Shown in pieces: positions 40,864 through 54,375 of a stretch of DNA of 64,000 nt. The notes beneath the pieces are model-generated. The model had not been told where the DNA came from and did not search any database. It saw only the letters and a list, made by a program, of their open reading frames with translations. The position numbers and the translations under genes are program-made. Position 1 is the first letter of the stretch. Every line of letters begins with the position of its first letter. Location of the stretch: assembly GCF_002113885.1 (NCBI RefSeq), contig NW_018407984.1:565473-629472 (forward strand), read 5' to 3'. The stretch is from Mizuhopecten yessoensis (taxonomy: Eukaryota).

Positions 40864-41126
40864 TCGAAAATTTGTGTTGTAAGATTGTCCGTCAGCATTC
40901 GACGGCTATCTAGGAATTTGTGATATTCAGAGCAACCCCGTCAATATCTATTCAACTACAACAAGTAACATTAAGAAGGGATAATTCAAAAAAGGGTGTC
41001 TTTTGTTATCCCTTCTTAATGTTACTTGTTGCAGTTGAATAGATATTGACGGGGTTGCTCTGAATATCACAAATTCCTAGATAGCTGTCGAATGCTGACG
41101 GACAATCTTACAACACAAATGTTCGA
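40864..41126. repeat. Long inverted repeat: 121-bp arms, 21-nt spacer, 3 mismatches
   Basis: 40864-40984 is the reverse complement of 41006-41126. Confidence 0.95.
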
Positions 41127-41778
41127 TGATGCCCCTCTCAGCTTGGGCAGACCTAAACACTATCGTCCCCGACTTATGTCAGGCCTGCATGACTTCAGTG
41201 CGTGTGACCGATGTACGTAGCTTGAATTAATCTGGGATGAGATATCGAACAATTACACAATAACCTCTCTTTTGAATCTCAGGGTTGAGACGAGGGAATC
41301 ACTCAGTTACAACAATTGCATGGAGTAGCACCATCAACGTGTTGGCCCTGTAACGTCAGTGTTGCATTGTTTATAGGGTAAACAGGATAAGAGGAAATAA
41401 TAATGCACTCATTGGACGGGAGGTTAGGGATTTCAACTATCTGGAAACATTTTTAAGTCATTTACTCTGTGTAATGAATACAGAGAAATCTAAATCCGAT
41501 GGCGAGACAATTGAAGCCAAGCACGAGGCTTTGAGTGTACACTTCCCACTTCTTATCCAGAGGGCTGTGTAACTTGTTATTTTTCTGCCAGAGTTCCGAG
41601 GGCACAAAAAGTGCCACAGAAATTATGAAGTGACCCTAGGTTCGCTGCATAAAGTGATGACATGTTCAGAATAACAGCGTGTGTTGCGTGTCTTCCTATG
41701 GGTCGGTACAGACAGGTTAACGTTTTCCGTAACACAAACAGGAATGCAGCTGTGAAGTGCGGGAGAAACGATTATACA

Positions 41779-44650
41779 TTTTTTTTTATAATTATCTTTT
41801 ATTCAGATTTTTCATCAATGCAATGTTCATGTACAATAAATAGCAAATCATTCACTCATTTGTATACTGGCACATACAAACATACACCTATATCTGTTAT
41901 GTCGACATTTGTCAAAGAGTACATACATTTTCAGGATTCTCATATGTATCCACACTATCACAAACTAGAACAAACTTACATACTCATTTCCGTCTATTTT
42001 TACATTTCAACATTTTATTACTCACATAGTCAATGCTATGTTTCATGTAAAAAAAATAGAACACAGTCATATCCACCTTCATCACATATGGTATATATCT
42101 TCGTGTTGGAAAAGAGAAAAGAAAATCTGCGCTAAATTATATATTACCGCACATACTGCCTTACTCATGTCCATGTCAAAAACACCATGTCCATGTATAA
42201 AGATGATTAATATGATTTCACCATACTCACATGCGCTGTACGCATACATACCCATATGCATTATATTACATTTTCAGACATTCGTATATCTACTGATTAT
42301 GGATATATAAATGCAAGGAGAAGAAATATCAGTCTCACACAAAAAAAGGGAAGAACACAAAAAAAATCTAAGCTAAATGAGAAATTTGCATAGACCGTCT
42401 ACTGAGTACATTGCATTGTCTTTATAAGAAAAAAAGAATTGAGATAGAGGCTGAGAAAATAAAAGGAAAGGGAGAACAGAGAACATAAAGAGAAGGGAGA
42501 AGAAAGGTAGGATAAGTCGGGGTGAGATGGTGGTACAAGATATACACTCCTGTATGTTATATTATAAATAGAATAATAAGATAATATATCGGCTCTGTGA
42601 GGGGCTATCGCAGATTCCATATTCCCTACCAACGAAAAGAAGCAGAAATTAAAAATGTATGATAGAGTACGTCATCAAATTTATGTTTAGCTTTTTCATC
42701 CTTACCATTAGCAATGTAATTTTGAATCAGATAGTTGTCTTTTATTATGTTTACAAGAGCGTTCATATTTAATGAGTTATGCAAACATCACATTCTGTAA
42801 ATATACTGCTTTATAATGATGATGATTTTATTATCTACTCGATTGCTGGGTAGAAAATTCTGATGAAAAAGGTCAAAAAGAAAAAAAAAATGTTTACTGA
42901 AAATGGGATTAAAAGAGCTTCCTGTAGTAATCTTTTTACCTCTTCACATTCCCTTAATATATGAGTAATTGATTTTGGTTCAGAGTTGCATAGTACACAA
43001 AGAGGGAAGACAACTACTCCAAAAGTACATGATGAATCACTCTATACTGGAACCACTGACGTTTTGTATTTGTTGTTACACAGAATGGCGTTTTGTATAT
43101 TTTATACCAGGTTAGTCTATCCATGTTGTCGAATATAGTATTCCACTTTCTGGTGCCGGATGGTATCTGGGCCGATTTTATTACATTGTATGATGTTGTA
43201 AAACATTTTGACCCCTTTTTATCTCTAAGAAAAATGTCTAAATTGATAGGTATATAGGGATAGATTGTCTTATGTCTGTATGTATTATATGATGAAATAA
43301 AGTCTTTAACTGCAGAGACAAGACCCTAATACTGTAAAAAAAAATGTGTTTACTTGGTATTTTTTAATAATTTCTACAAATGTGTAAAACAAACATGTGC
43401 TAACCTCCTTTATTATATCATTTATAATAAAAATCTTTTTCTGATAATATTTTTTTTTATAAAAAACAGCTCTTCCTCATATCTTGATTTTACTATTATA
43501 CCAAATGGGAACTTTCAATATGTTTTCCTGAAGAATTTTATCATAATATTTTGTATTTAGTGTGTACCATGATTTGAGAAGATCACTCCAGAATTTATTT
43601 TTACACTTATTTACACATATCTGAATATATTCAGAACCACAATTTGCAAGAAGATCTATGTCAATAGAAGTTTCAAGTATGGCCTGCCATTTCTCAGTAC
43701 TCTGATAGAGTCTTCTGATCCAAGTAAGTTTTAGAGAGTTTATAAATGCAACAAGATTGATCATCTTCAAACCACCATCAGCATAATTATGAATGATTAT
43801 CTCTCTTTTAATTTTGTCTGGTTTTCCACTCCATAAGTTATCAAATGATATTGAGTTGAGTTTGTAAATAAATCTATCATCTGGATTAGGTAATGATATA
43901 AACAGGTGATTGAATTGAGAGATGAGCAATGATTTGATCATGTACATTTTTCCAATAGGTGTTAATGACCTTCTGTTCCAAATTTTTATTAGAGAATTTA
44001 GTTTGATGAGGTTTTTTTGTCAAAGTCAAGTTTGGGTATTTCATGAAGGTTCACACTAAATTAAATTCCTAATAACGTAAATTTCTTTTCCCCAAATTAA
44101 GTTCAGGTAAAAAGCAATCTTCACTATACTTTTTTGCTACCAATCCATATTACCTGAGTTTTATCAATGTTCATTTTTAAACCAGATTTTTTTGCAAGTT
44201 CATTTAGTTCTTTCACTGCTTCATTTAGTGATTTCTCAGAGCCAACAAGTAAAAGTGAAGAGTCATCGGCATATCGTGATAATAAAATAGGGCAACTTTC
44301 AATCTCGATACCTTTGATATTTCTATTATTTCTCAATTTTGTAGCCAAAACCTCTGCACAAAGAATAAACAGATACGGTGCGATTGAATCCCCCTGTAGA
44401 CAGCCCCTCCTGATATCAAAGAATGGATATATGTTTCCCCCTGATTTATAGCTGAATGGACATTATTATGTAAAGTTTTAAACCAGTTTACAATGCTATT
44501 ACCAAAACCAAAGAGAAGTAGAACTTTTTCAATAAATTACCAAGACACTGAATCAAATGCCTTCTGAAAATCAATCATCAGTAGCATGCCAGGTATACCA
44601 TTCTCCTCAGTATAATGCATACTATCATATATTAATCTTGTATTTACCCC
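41779..44650 (-). mobile_element. 5'-truncated, frameshifted L1/Tx1-clade LINE (ORF2 RT remnant, 3' UTR, polyA)
   Basis: Minus-strand motifs IDFQKAFDSVSW, QGDSIAPYLFIL, YADD, LWSGKPDKIKR, GGLKMINL, and a C-terminal Cys/His motif (CVLCNSEPKSITH); AATAAA plus an A-run on the minus strand at ~41779-41803. Confidence 0.88.
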
Positions 44651-45639
44651 TTAACATTATAAATTTTGTATTGCGTACAGATGGGGAAAACACATATTAA
44701 TTACAGTAACAATTTAATGACGTCAGCAACACATTATCGTCATGGAGAGGTATACTTGTTATATTTACCTTATTGAAATTAAAGAGTGTTATCATGCATA
44801 TCTATGGGCTGGGGGAGGATAAAGCTGAATTGCAACTCTAATAACACTTTGTGGTAAAATGTATTGAGTTTTTCCCTTCGGAACATGTCAGTGTAGATTT
44901 TCTTTTTTGACTCATGAATATTTTCTTCAAATAAAAGACAGATGGAGGAAATGTGATAATCATGTGTTGAGAACAATGTGAACTATTGTCATTGGTAAAG
45001 CTGTTCCCTTCAAACAATCTTAATTTTGTGTGAAATGTGACGTGTAATCAAAGCTTTTTTCATTTACATTCACAGCTCAGCATTGGAATTGCATTTGTGC
45101 AGGATGGGATTTAATTTTGAAAAAAAACCGTAAAAGGTGACGAATGTGGGAATCCCCTGAAGAATTGGGTAATTTCTGTTGTGTCCTCTACTTTGGGCAT
45201 GGAAACGATGAAAATCAGACTTCTTCATCAGTGAAATACACGGAATTATTAGTGCTCGGGCTAATATGAGTTACTATAAATAAATATTTTACATGGAGGA
45301 AAACATATTAGGTTAGGGGCACTATCTCTTTGTAGGGAATGAACATGTCTTCTTCAATGACCCAAGAGAGATAACTCTAACCTATCGGTGTATCAACACA
45401 CACCACCTGGAAATCCAAACCGTTAACGTGTTACATGTGTAATATTTATCGAACAGGGTAGTCATGATCAGTAAACATCAGCTATTAGTAGACATTAATT
45501 CCATGCACCATCCCGAACTCGTAATAGTGTATTTGGTAAATGATTTGAACGTGATTTCTTCCAAACATATGATAGCATAAGTTATCACCTATTTAGTTGT
45601 GTGCTACCACAATATATCTTCTATTTGCAGTTATCTCCC

Positions 45640-45745
45640 CTTTGACGGAAGTAAAATAGATAGCTGGTGATAAGTTAACATGGTAGGCCTACCTCGGACA
45701 GGGTAGACATGACGACGAAGGAATAGCTGGACGTGGGTATCCTTG
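45640..45745 (+). promoter_or_regulatory. Putative promoter / non-coding first exon of the ASB-like gene
   Basis: ETS-like CGGAAGT (~45646) followed by a strong donor TTG|GTGAGT at 45745/45746; the first coding exon at 50106 has an acceptor that needs an upstream exon. Confidence 0.4.
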
Positions 45746-46370
45746 GTGAGTATATAATCTTCCATGAAGTAGGACAGTTTTCGTTTCGTTGACGATATCT
45801 ACAATTAATCAATAGTCTCGCATTGCGATGTGGAAGTGACCCCAACAGATGATAATATCACAAGATCACTGATACGGGACGTGTCGTGTTACTGGGGCCT
45901 TGATCAGAACATTAATTTAAGATTCGATTTAGATGTTTACTGAAATGTTTAACTTTCCTAGGGGTTTGTTTGGTAAATATACATAATAAAACAACTTATC
46001 TATCCTGGCCTACATTGTATATTTAGTCGAGATGTTCCGGGCCAAGCCCTATCGCAGGCTTCCGTTCAGTGTTTGAGATAAATATAGAAACATGGCTTTG
46101 GCATTGACGTTAACATAATATGTTCATTATACTAATAATGTATCCCGCACTAAACTCAAGTATGTGTCCGTATTAGAAATAAGGCTCCTGCTATAGTTGT
46201 CTGTAATATATCTGTGTATAAGCCTTCTTTACCACATGAGTTACCTACTAACCTGAGCCTAAATAGGCTCACAAGTGTGGCTGTTATCAAGGTCCAAGTT
46301 TATATAACTACAGTACTACACTGTTTCAAATGCTCAAGTACTGAACATGTTCAAGTGCTGAGCACATCAT

Positions 46371-46556
46371 TTTAGGTCTTACTATAGCTACAATACAACA
46401 AATTCTCGTGTACTATATACATATCAGTTTAGGTCCAAATATAGCTACAATATAGCAAATTCTCACGTACTATACATATCAGTTTAGGTCAAAATATAGA
46501 TACAATATAACAAATTCACAGGGACTGGACACATTAGTTTAGGTCCAAATATAGGT
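46371..46556. repeat. About 55-bp diverged tandem repeat, about 3.3 copies
   Basis: Units begin TTTAGGTC...TATAGCTACAATA. Confidence 0.85.
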
Positions 46557-47177
46557 ATGCTGTACATTGTAACACATTCTCTGTCTCTATGGTCTTTTTG
46601 AGATAAATACCTGAACGAGAACATGTATCACAGTTGATAGTACTTATCTTCCCTCCAAGTATATTATCCTATCTTCCAACTTATCTCAACACGGTCATGA
46701 GTTAACAGGTAAGTTCTATCAGAGAAGACTCTTTAAGAAGAAGGAATCACAGAACAGGTTTAGTAAAGACGTAAGCGTCTCTGATACTAGTGTACGTATA
46801 CATATACTATAAAATTAGCATCACATTTTTAATTTCATCGGCCACCATAAACTGAAAATGTATATCTTCACAATAACTGGACATCCCTAATGAAAATCAA
46901 TTTGTAAAAACAAATGAAATTAAGCACTCGTGAATCGGCTGTACACAACCCCCCCCCCCCCCCAAAAAACCCCAAAAAAACAAACTAATGTTGTTTTTTT
47001 TCCACAGACCCGTTTAAAATGAATTTAAATGTGCGTGTTATTTACTGAACTTGATTGTTGAGTGATTTGCACACTCATTAATTTTACTAAACTAAAAAAA
47101 TTAAAATAATTTAGACTAGTCTAGATTCCTTATTTAAGTTAAACACACCGGATAAATTATTTTATTTCAAACACATG

Positions 47178-48120
47178 TATAGAGGTTACACAACGACTGG
47201 TTGTTGAATATCGTATTTATTTCACTGAGTTAGTTAATTTTCAAAAGTTTCTGTAACTTTTGAAAATTAACTAACGAGAGTGAAATAAATACCATACTCA
47301 ACAACCACGAGTCGTGTGATCTGTTTCTACCACAATCTCATCATGTGTTTTTGGCAAGATTGGCGTAGTGGTATGACCCATATGTAAAAAGTCACTCATT
47401 GATATTCAAAAATGACTTTTTTTTACTTTTATAATTGTCAAAATTAATGTTTCGGCAACAACTTTATGAAAAAATATAACAGATGAACGACTTTAAATAT
47501 TGAGAATAGCAGTATTGCATTAATTTATATAAATTAACCACGGACTATATGCGCGTAAACATATCGTACGAAGTCTGCCTCCCGCCAAGTGATGAATACG
47601 AACTTATCGCTGTCAATGTCCAAGACCGTAGGCCTACGTTTCTTCGTGACGGTTCTATTGTTGACGTTTATAGTGAAAGTTCAGCCATATAGTCAGACCG
47701 TCCAAATATCGATAACGAGATGTTGGGAGAACGAAATATTTCCCGACATTGTGAAAGATCTTGTTTTGGTTTTACGACCTGAACATGCGACGGTGTGACG
47801 TCGAAACGATATCGAGCGTTTGTGGCAATTTTGCCTGAAACTATAGCGATCAAGTCTTTAAGTATCATCTTCTTTTAATATAACGCATAACCACACAAAG
47901 TCACCAACATTTGTCGGATGTTGACAGCAGACGACGTAAACAAAACAGCATGTGGCAAAAAGCGCGTGGAAAGTCGTCCCGGTCAAAGTTCATTTTCTCG
48001 ACCAATCAAAACTCTTGACGGTCATATACCACGTGTGGTATATACCTCATATTTATCTCACAGTCTGCGTGTTTATACAATGATCTGAGAGTGGAATAAC
48101 ACATCGTATTGTGGTAGAAA
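47178..48120 (-). mobile_element. Non-autonomous hairpin-ended element (Crypton-like architecture)
   Basis: Imperfect hairpin with arms of about 60 bp at 47188-47318, then 13-bp inverted repeats TTTCTACCACAAT (47324) / ATTGTGGTAGAAA (48108); same layout as the 60.2-61.5 kb element. Confidence 0.55.
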
Positions 48121-49206
48121 TCCCTTTATAACACGAGTGTATGGTGTAGGTAAGGGTAGTGTAGGGAAGATACAAAAACGTGCATACATTATCTTATTTT
48201 AGCCCAAGCTAATGCTGACTTTCCTAGCTAAAAAGTGATATATTTTCTTAATTGAAGTTTCTGTAAATTAATTTGGTCAATTGATCTATTTAAATAGCTA
48301 TAATGAGCCGATTTCACAGTCCAGTTTCCTCACAAGAAACGACAGCTTAATGCTGAATGTCCGAGTCATGCACGATGTCCTATCAATAGAAATTTGTGTA
48401 AAATTTTGAAATCTTTCGAGTATAATGTCAATTACTGATCACTTAGCTGTGCCTTAGCCTAGCTAGGTAATGTAGATTACGGAGTGCTAGTGTAATCGCC
48501 AAATACACCAGATCTATGATGAGGCATTTATAGTCCATCAATATATTCAGTCCTGAAACTGCTTGTGTTAAAACTGAATAAGGTTTCAATCCAACATATT
48601 TGAACTACATGTAGCAATATGCTTTAGCATCAGTAATTCAATGAAAAAAATACTCGAATGGTAGTGGTGGTCGTATGATAAGTAACTCGAAATTTCATAT
48701 TGAAATTTTGTTAATATAATAGATATCTGACAATGAAAACTGATCGATGTTTTGATGAGTTGTCTTTATTATCTAGTTGATGCAGTCATTTGGTTGTTAA
48801 ATAAATTCAGAGTTTTGGAAGCCATTCAAAGCGTAGGAAGATAAACAATTTGGTCTATATTAATTTTTGTACATGGGATATCAAGTATTCTATTCAAAAA
48901 CAAATTAATGAATAAAAAGTGCTAGTCAACCAAAGCATTATCGGAGCTGCCAATTCCCAAGGAAAAACCCCTAAAATAAAGTCATTATCATGTTCACAAA
49001 GCACAGTTTCTCCCTACTTCTGTTGCAATTCAAATTGCTGTGAAGATCCACAAACAACAGCTGAGCTAAGTATTCAACAGGATTAAACTATATGATAGTT
49101 TAAAATCAATTTGGCATTTAAATGTTTGTCACATTTCCCTAAAACACCGCTGTTATTGTCCAAATCAAAAAGACACAAGAAAGCAGAAAACAGTGATCAC
49201 TTGGGT

Positions 49207-49553
49207 TGTGGCTAGTCTGTGGCTAGTATGTGGCTAGTGGCTAGTCTGTGGCTGTGGCTGTCGCTAGTCTGTGGCTAGTCTGTGGCTAGTGGCTAGTCTG
49301 TGGCTGTCGCTAGTCTGTGGCGGCTAGTCTGTTGCTAGCGGCTAGTCTGTGGTTAGTCTGTGGCTAGTGGCTAGTCTGTGGCTAGGTGGCTAGTCTGTGG
49401 CTAGGTGGCTAGTCTGTGGCTGTGGCTGTCGCTAGTATGTGGCTGTCGCTAGTCTGTGGCTAGGCTAGTCTGTGGCTAGTGGCTAGTCTGTGGCTAGTGG
49501 CTAGTCTGTGGCTGTGGTTGTCGCTAGTCTGTGGCTAGTCTGTGGCTAGTCTG
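49207..49553. repeat. Compound minisatellite of GTGGCTAGTCT / GTGGCTA / GTGGCT / GTCGCTA units
   Basis: Directly visible. Confidence 0.95.
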
Positions 49554-49668
49554 CCCATTATAGTATCCTGATGGAACAGCAAACAGTCATCCTATTTTGA
49601 TAAGTTGTGCGGTTCATTTTGTGGAGCCTCGTTCGATGTATTACAATCAACACGTGACTGTGGTTTTA

Positions 49669-49765
49669 GTGATCTATCTAAGTACTGTGCGACTCGATAC
49701 TCTACGTAAGTGTATATGTGATCTATCTAAATACTGTGGCACTCGATACTCTATGTAAGTGTTTA
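49669..49765. repeat. About 49-bp tandem duplication
   Basis: GTGATCTATCTAA.TACTGTG..ACTCGATACTCTA.GTAAGTGT x2. Confidence 0.85.
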
Positions 49766-50136
49766 TTTTACGTTAGAAGAAAGACAACTCTTTCACAATT
49801 AATACCTCGACTTTTGCCTCCCAGCTTCCAGGTCATGCATTCAAAAACTAGCAAGCTATTTTTAAACCTTTGACATTAACTTTATATAATACTCTTTACT
49901 ATGGATTCCAACTGAAAAAGATTAAATTTGACCATGAATTGCCAACATCTTTACTGAAATTGTCATAGCTAACCGCTAAGTACTAACTGAAAGCGGTTCA
50001 ATTATAATGCAGACAGCAATCCAATTACTGTTACATGTATACCTCACTAATCACATTTACCTGTATCATAATATACATTGTTGACCTGTTTATTTTCTTT
50101 GACAGGCTACAGTACAGGGAATAGAAAACTCTGAGG

Positions 50137-50189
50137 ATGAAGAAAGCAGCAAAAGGTTCCAGGACAAAAACTGGAGACTTCATTGCGGA
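50137..50189 (+). CDS. ASB-like gene, first coding exon (MKKAAKGSRTKTGDFIA-E)
   Basis: Acceptor tttgacag| at 50105, ATG at 50137, donor GA|GTAAGA in phase 2, matching the acceptor at 50692. Confidence 0.7.
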
Positions 50190-50692
50190 GTAAGATCTGA
50201 TGATACATGGTTCTAGACAGTATTTGATTTTTAACTATTAAATGCACAATACACTTCATATGTACTATGCAAGACGTACTTATTTCGGAGTGTTTGGAAA
50301 AGTGCAATATAGGTTATATAATTAGTTAACGTTGTAAGTGTATTGTGTATGTCCTTCCGTCGGTTTCAAAGTTGTGGACACAATAAATACAATAGGCCGT
50401 CTATCCACTCTATCACTCGATCTTGGTACACTGTCTAACTGTTACCAAAGGACGAACCGTGTCGAACTTTGATTGATCAAGGTGATGGAAAAAATGGGAT
50501 GATTTCTGGTTGTCATGAATCGTAGGCAAGCCCGTACAAAGTCCGTGTCTAACATTATTGGTCATTTGTGTCGCCGGACTTACACGAGCTGTTTCGACCT
50601 GTACTACAAAGACAATCTAGGTAGGGTTGAGTTGCTTTGATGTTTGAAGTAGATACTCATTCACAATCCACTTATAATTTGTGTGTTTTCAG

Positions 50693-51737
50693 AATTGAAG
50701 AAGCCATAGCCAGTCGTGACCTAGGCGAGATCACGCGCCTGGTGAAGGGAAATGTAGGGGACACTTTCCTTATCGCATGTGCCTTCCACCAAGCTGTCGG
50801 CAAAGCCCTTGAGGACGTCACCCGTCACTTCGTCTCCATCGGAGTTTCCATAGACACACCGGACCCAGTGTTTCTGGAGACGCCACTGATGCACGCTATA
50901 AGGAATAACAGGGACGAATTGGTCAAGTTCTTGATAAAAGAAGGTGCAAACGTGAACTATATGATCAGAAGTAGCGGTCAAACACCCCTTCACGTGGCGG
51001 TCAGCAGTCCAAAGGAAACGGATTTTTCTACTCAAATTCTGAAATATCTATTAACTGTCCATTACATACGTTTGAATGAGTACAATAGTGACGGCAGAAC
51101 CCCTCTCATGATTGCCATTAAACATGGGCGCAATGAAGCTGTAGATGTCCTCACTAGTGCAGGTGCCAACGTGCACCTAAGAATGCAGCAGTATGGCAGT
51201 ACCACAGCCCATCTATGTTTCGACATGTTCAATCCATGCCGTAATGCAGAGAGCGCTAAGTGTCTGCAGTCCTTAATGAAATGTGGTTTGAGCCCCGATG
51301 TGGTGCACAATGGTGAAACCCCAATATTCCACGCTATCAGGAAAAACAACGTCCCTGCTTTGAAAGTTCTTATTGATGCTAACTGTGATTTAGATGTGTC
51401 GAGTACGACCTGGGGAGTCGAGAACAATGGCCAAGAGGCCAAGAAGGTCACGCCAATTGTTCTCGCCTACAAATTCCACAAGATGAGGTCTGTTGAGCTT
51501 TTAGTGGAGGCAGGGTGTCGCTGCTATCACTTAAGATGGCTAACAAAAAGCAGCGATGCCTCAAATACACTTAAGGAATGGTTCCATGATCGGATAAGTA
51601 CTCCAAGGTCACTTAAAAACCTGTGCAGATTCTGTATCCGAGGTGCTATTGGACATCTTCCTCATAAAAAGGTGGAACTATTAGATCTGCCCCCAGCATT
51701 GCAAGATTGTATATTATTGAAGGACGTTTTAAGTTGA
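50693..51737 (+). CDS. Ankyrin repeat and SOCS box protein (ASB-like), main exon
   Basis: Ankyrin repeats (ETPLMHA, GQTPLHVA, GRTPLMIA, GETPIFHA) and C-terminal SOCS box PRSLKNLCRFCIR...LDLPPALQDCIL; acceptor gttttcag|. Confidence 0.93.
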
Positions 51738-52144
51738 TAAAAAACGGTTTTTTTCCCCAGTAAAATATGACTAGAGCATTCGTTTCTTTCCCCTTTGAAA
51801 AACTATAAACCATGTGCATGTGTAACTCGCATTGATCTAAGACACAGGAACCGGTGAGAAGGTTTTATTTATTGTTTTATTGATGCATTAAAGGACATTT
51901 GTTTACCGGTATATAACTAATATTGTTATTTTTGTTATTTCCCCATTTATTATTTTTTTTATTGTTGTAGACTCCTATATATAGCAATCCGGTAAAATAT
52001 AATGTGTGTGTGACGTTTCCATGGTATGTTTTCTGTCACCTTCATAAAATAAATGACCAGTCAAATGTATATACTCTAAGATAAAATCAACTAATCGATC
52101 AGTTTACGCTTTGTTGGACACCTAGTCATAGATGTGTTGAATCT

Positions 52145-52560
52145 ATGGGACCCCTCATCTCGAGTTAGAACTGGCCTTCTTCTGGTATCAAGATTGTTTG
52201 CATTATCTGTCACTTGGAACAGTTTGTCTTCTCTTTGTCCACATCTTTGGATTTATCCAAGCCAGTAACATTCTCTTGCTGTCTGGAATGATCTGTTATT
52301 ACCTATGTGTTGATCAAGTACTCCCAATTGTTTTCTCTGATCTGGTGAATTGTTTCCCAAAACAGACCGTGCGTTCGAGTTGGACACTAAGTCTGACTAT
52401 CTCGATCATTTTCTTTCCTAGACTTCCTAGTTGGCGCACATCTTTTGTCTGTTCTTTGTTCGGATGTTTCGGAACTTGTTTTTCAAGTTGATATACATAT
52501 AGATTATTTAAAGGATCATATAGCACAACCAGGGCGATATTTATGTGTGACCTTTCGGTG
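52145..52560 (-). mobile_element. Penelope-like element remnant (GIY-YIG endonuclease C-terminal part)
   Basis: Frameshifted minus-strand fragments ...QFTRSE..., AWINPK.(V)DKE, RRRPVLTRDEG resemble the PLE endonuclease tail (W....K..D.E ... I......LNRDEG). Confidence 0.55.
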
Positions 52561-54375
52561 ACCAGTACGATATGTACTCCGTCATCTTTATCAAGAGAAA
52601 AGACCATTAAAGCGTATGGGCCCCTGGTTGTAAAATATGTTCGATATGGCTATGTTAATTTAACTTTCGCTCAGCTCTGACCAAATAATGAATATATCAA
52701 AACCATATTGATTTGTCAACTTCATCAATAACTTCAACTAATATACGCGTATTACCATTTGTATGAACATTGTTTGAACTCCTGGTGTTTGCTCATATTT
52801 AAGATCTAAATAGGACTTGAACGAGAACAGATTCCAAAGAAATGAAATTTTCGCTCACTTGCGTATGTTATGGCAAAATTGAAGGCACGAAGAGAGCGCT
52901 GACCAATTCATAGACTGATACCATTTCCTTAAAGATTACAAAGGAGCGACACTCGATTTCAAAGCCAGTTAGCTTTCCATTTTGTCGTGACATATTCCAG
53001 GGATGGACAGAATATAAGTGAAAGTAACCCCTTGAATTTAAAGGAGTGGTTTGGAGGGTGTCAATAAAATGTGTAAAATGATGATTGGTCATTCGTACAG
53101 AATTTTGCCCATTTTAAAGCTGGCCAGGCAGCTGTATTGAATAATCGACGAACGTTCTTACGTCTTTTGCTTAGTGGATGATCATGACGAGACATCAAAA
53201 ACGCTGTCGAAAGCATTACATTTTTGAGATCTATAAATTGCTGTCAGCAATTACAGGAGTCAGAATGGAACAGTTTATTACAACTTAAATGCTCACTTCA
53301 AAAATAAATACAGAGTTCAATGTTTGGCTAATTTGAATTACAAATTAGCATGGTAACGTTCCCATACAGGGAACGAAAAGTATATTTTAATTTTATCGTT
53401 TTCTTGAAATGAACTTGCTGAACTTTCCTCCTATGATCATTTTTGTGTTTATAGCCAGCTTCGCTTTACTATAAATTCAACCTGTCAATCCATAAAGATG
53501 AAATTTACTGAAACGAAAAGGTTGACGGTCAAAATGACTTGCACTAGAAAATCTATTTCTGTATTTTGAAATCATTTGTATTTCTTAATGAATACTGAGT
53601 GTTTTCAACAATGTAGCAATCACTATAATTGTACCGTAAGTGTAATCCGGTTAAACTATGGGTGCAGATGAAATCACTAACCTTCGAAAATGTAAGATGT
53701 TGAAAATGTTTTGTCGATACATTTTCAACATCTGCCACTAGTTTTACTCTGCTTCCACTTATGTTAACATGGTAATAGTTGTGGGTGGTGGTGGTGGTGG
53801 TGGTGTCGGTGAACTGTTTCTGATTTTTAACACCGACACATATTGTCTTGCGAAAGCCTTCTCAAAAATTCGAAAGGGGAATTATTTTCAAGTGGTTTAG
53901 CGCCTCAAGTATAAGCAAGATTTCAATCAACATTTCTCGAATCCTTCACTGTAAATCTCGTATTTTGTGTCTGTAGGAAAGTATGTTTTAACCCATATCA
54001 TAAGTTTCAGTGGTAAGTAAATGCGATACTAATTATGTTTTGTTAAGTACATAATTCGCAAACATCCTTAAATACAAGTAAATAAAACATTTCATACATT
54101 TTCATTAAAATACTACGTTTGTGCATATATTGTAACTTTATTATAGCTGCATTAGCTATATTGTTTCAATCGTGTTACCCTCATCATTCTAGACAAGGTA
54201 GGACAAGGCAAAGATAAATCTCCGTTTTCAAAAAAGTATGACATGCATTTAACTTAAACTCTTTTCAAAAAAGTAATTTAGAATTCATCACACAACAATT
54301 GAACAGTATAACAATTTAATATCGACTGAAATTTGTTCTTTGCGGTGGAATGGATTCTTCCATTTCATTAAATTG

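Noticed and set aside
41662-42310. 157-aa and 90-aa plus-strand ORFs
   Set aside because: Antisense to the compositionally biased 3' UTR of the L1/Tx1 element; no domain features.
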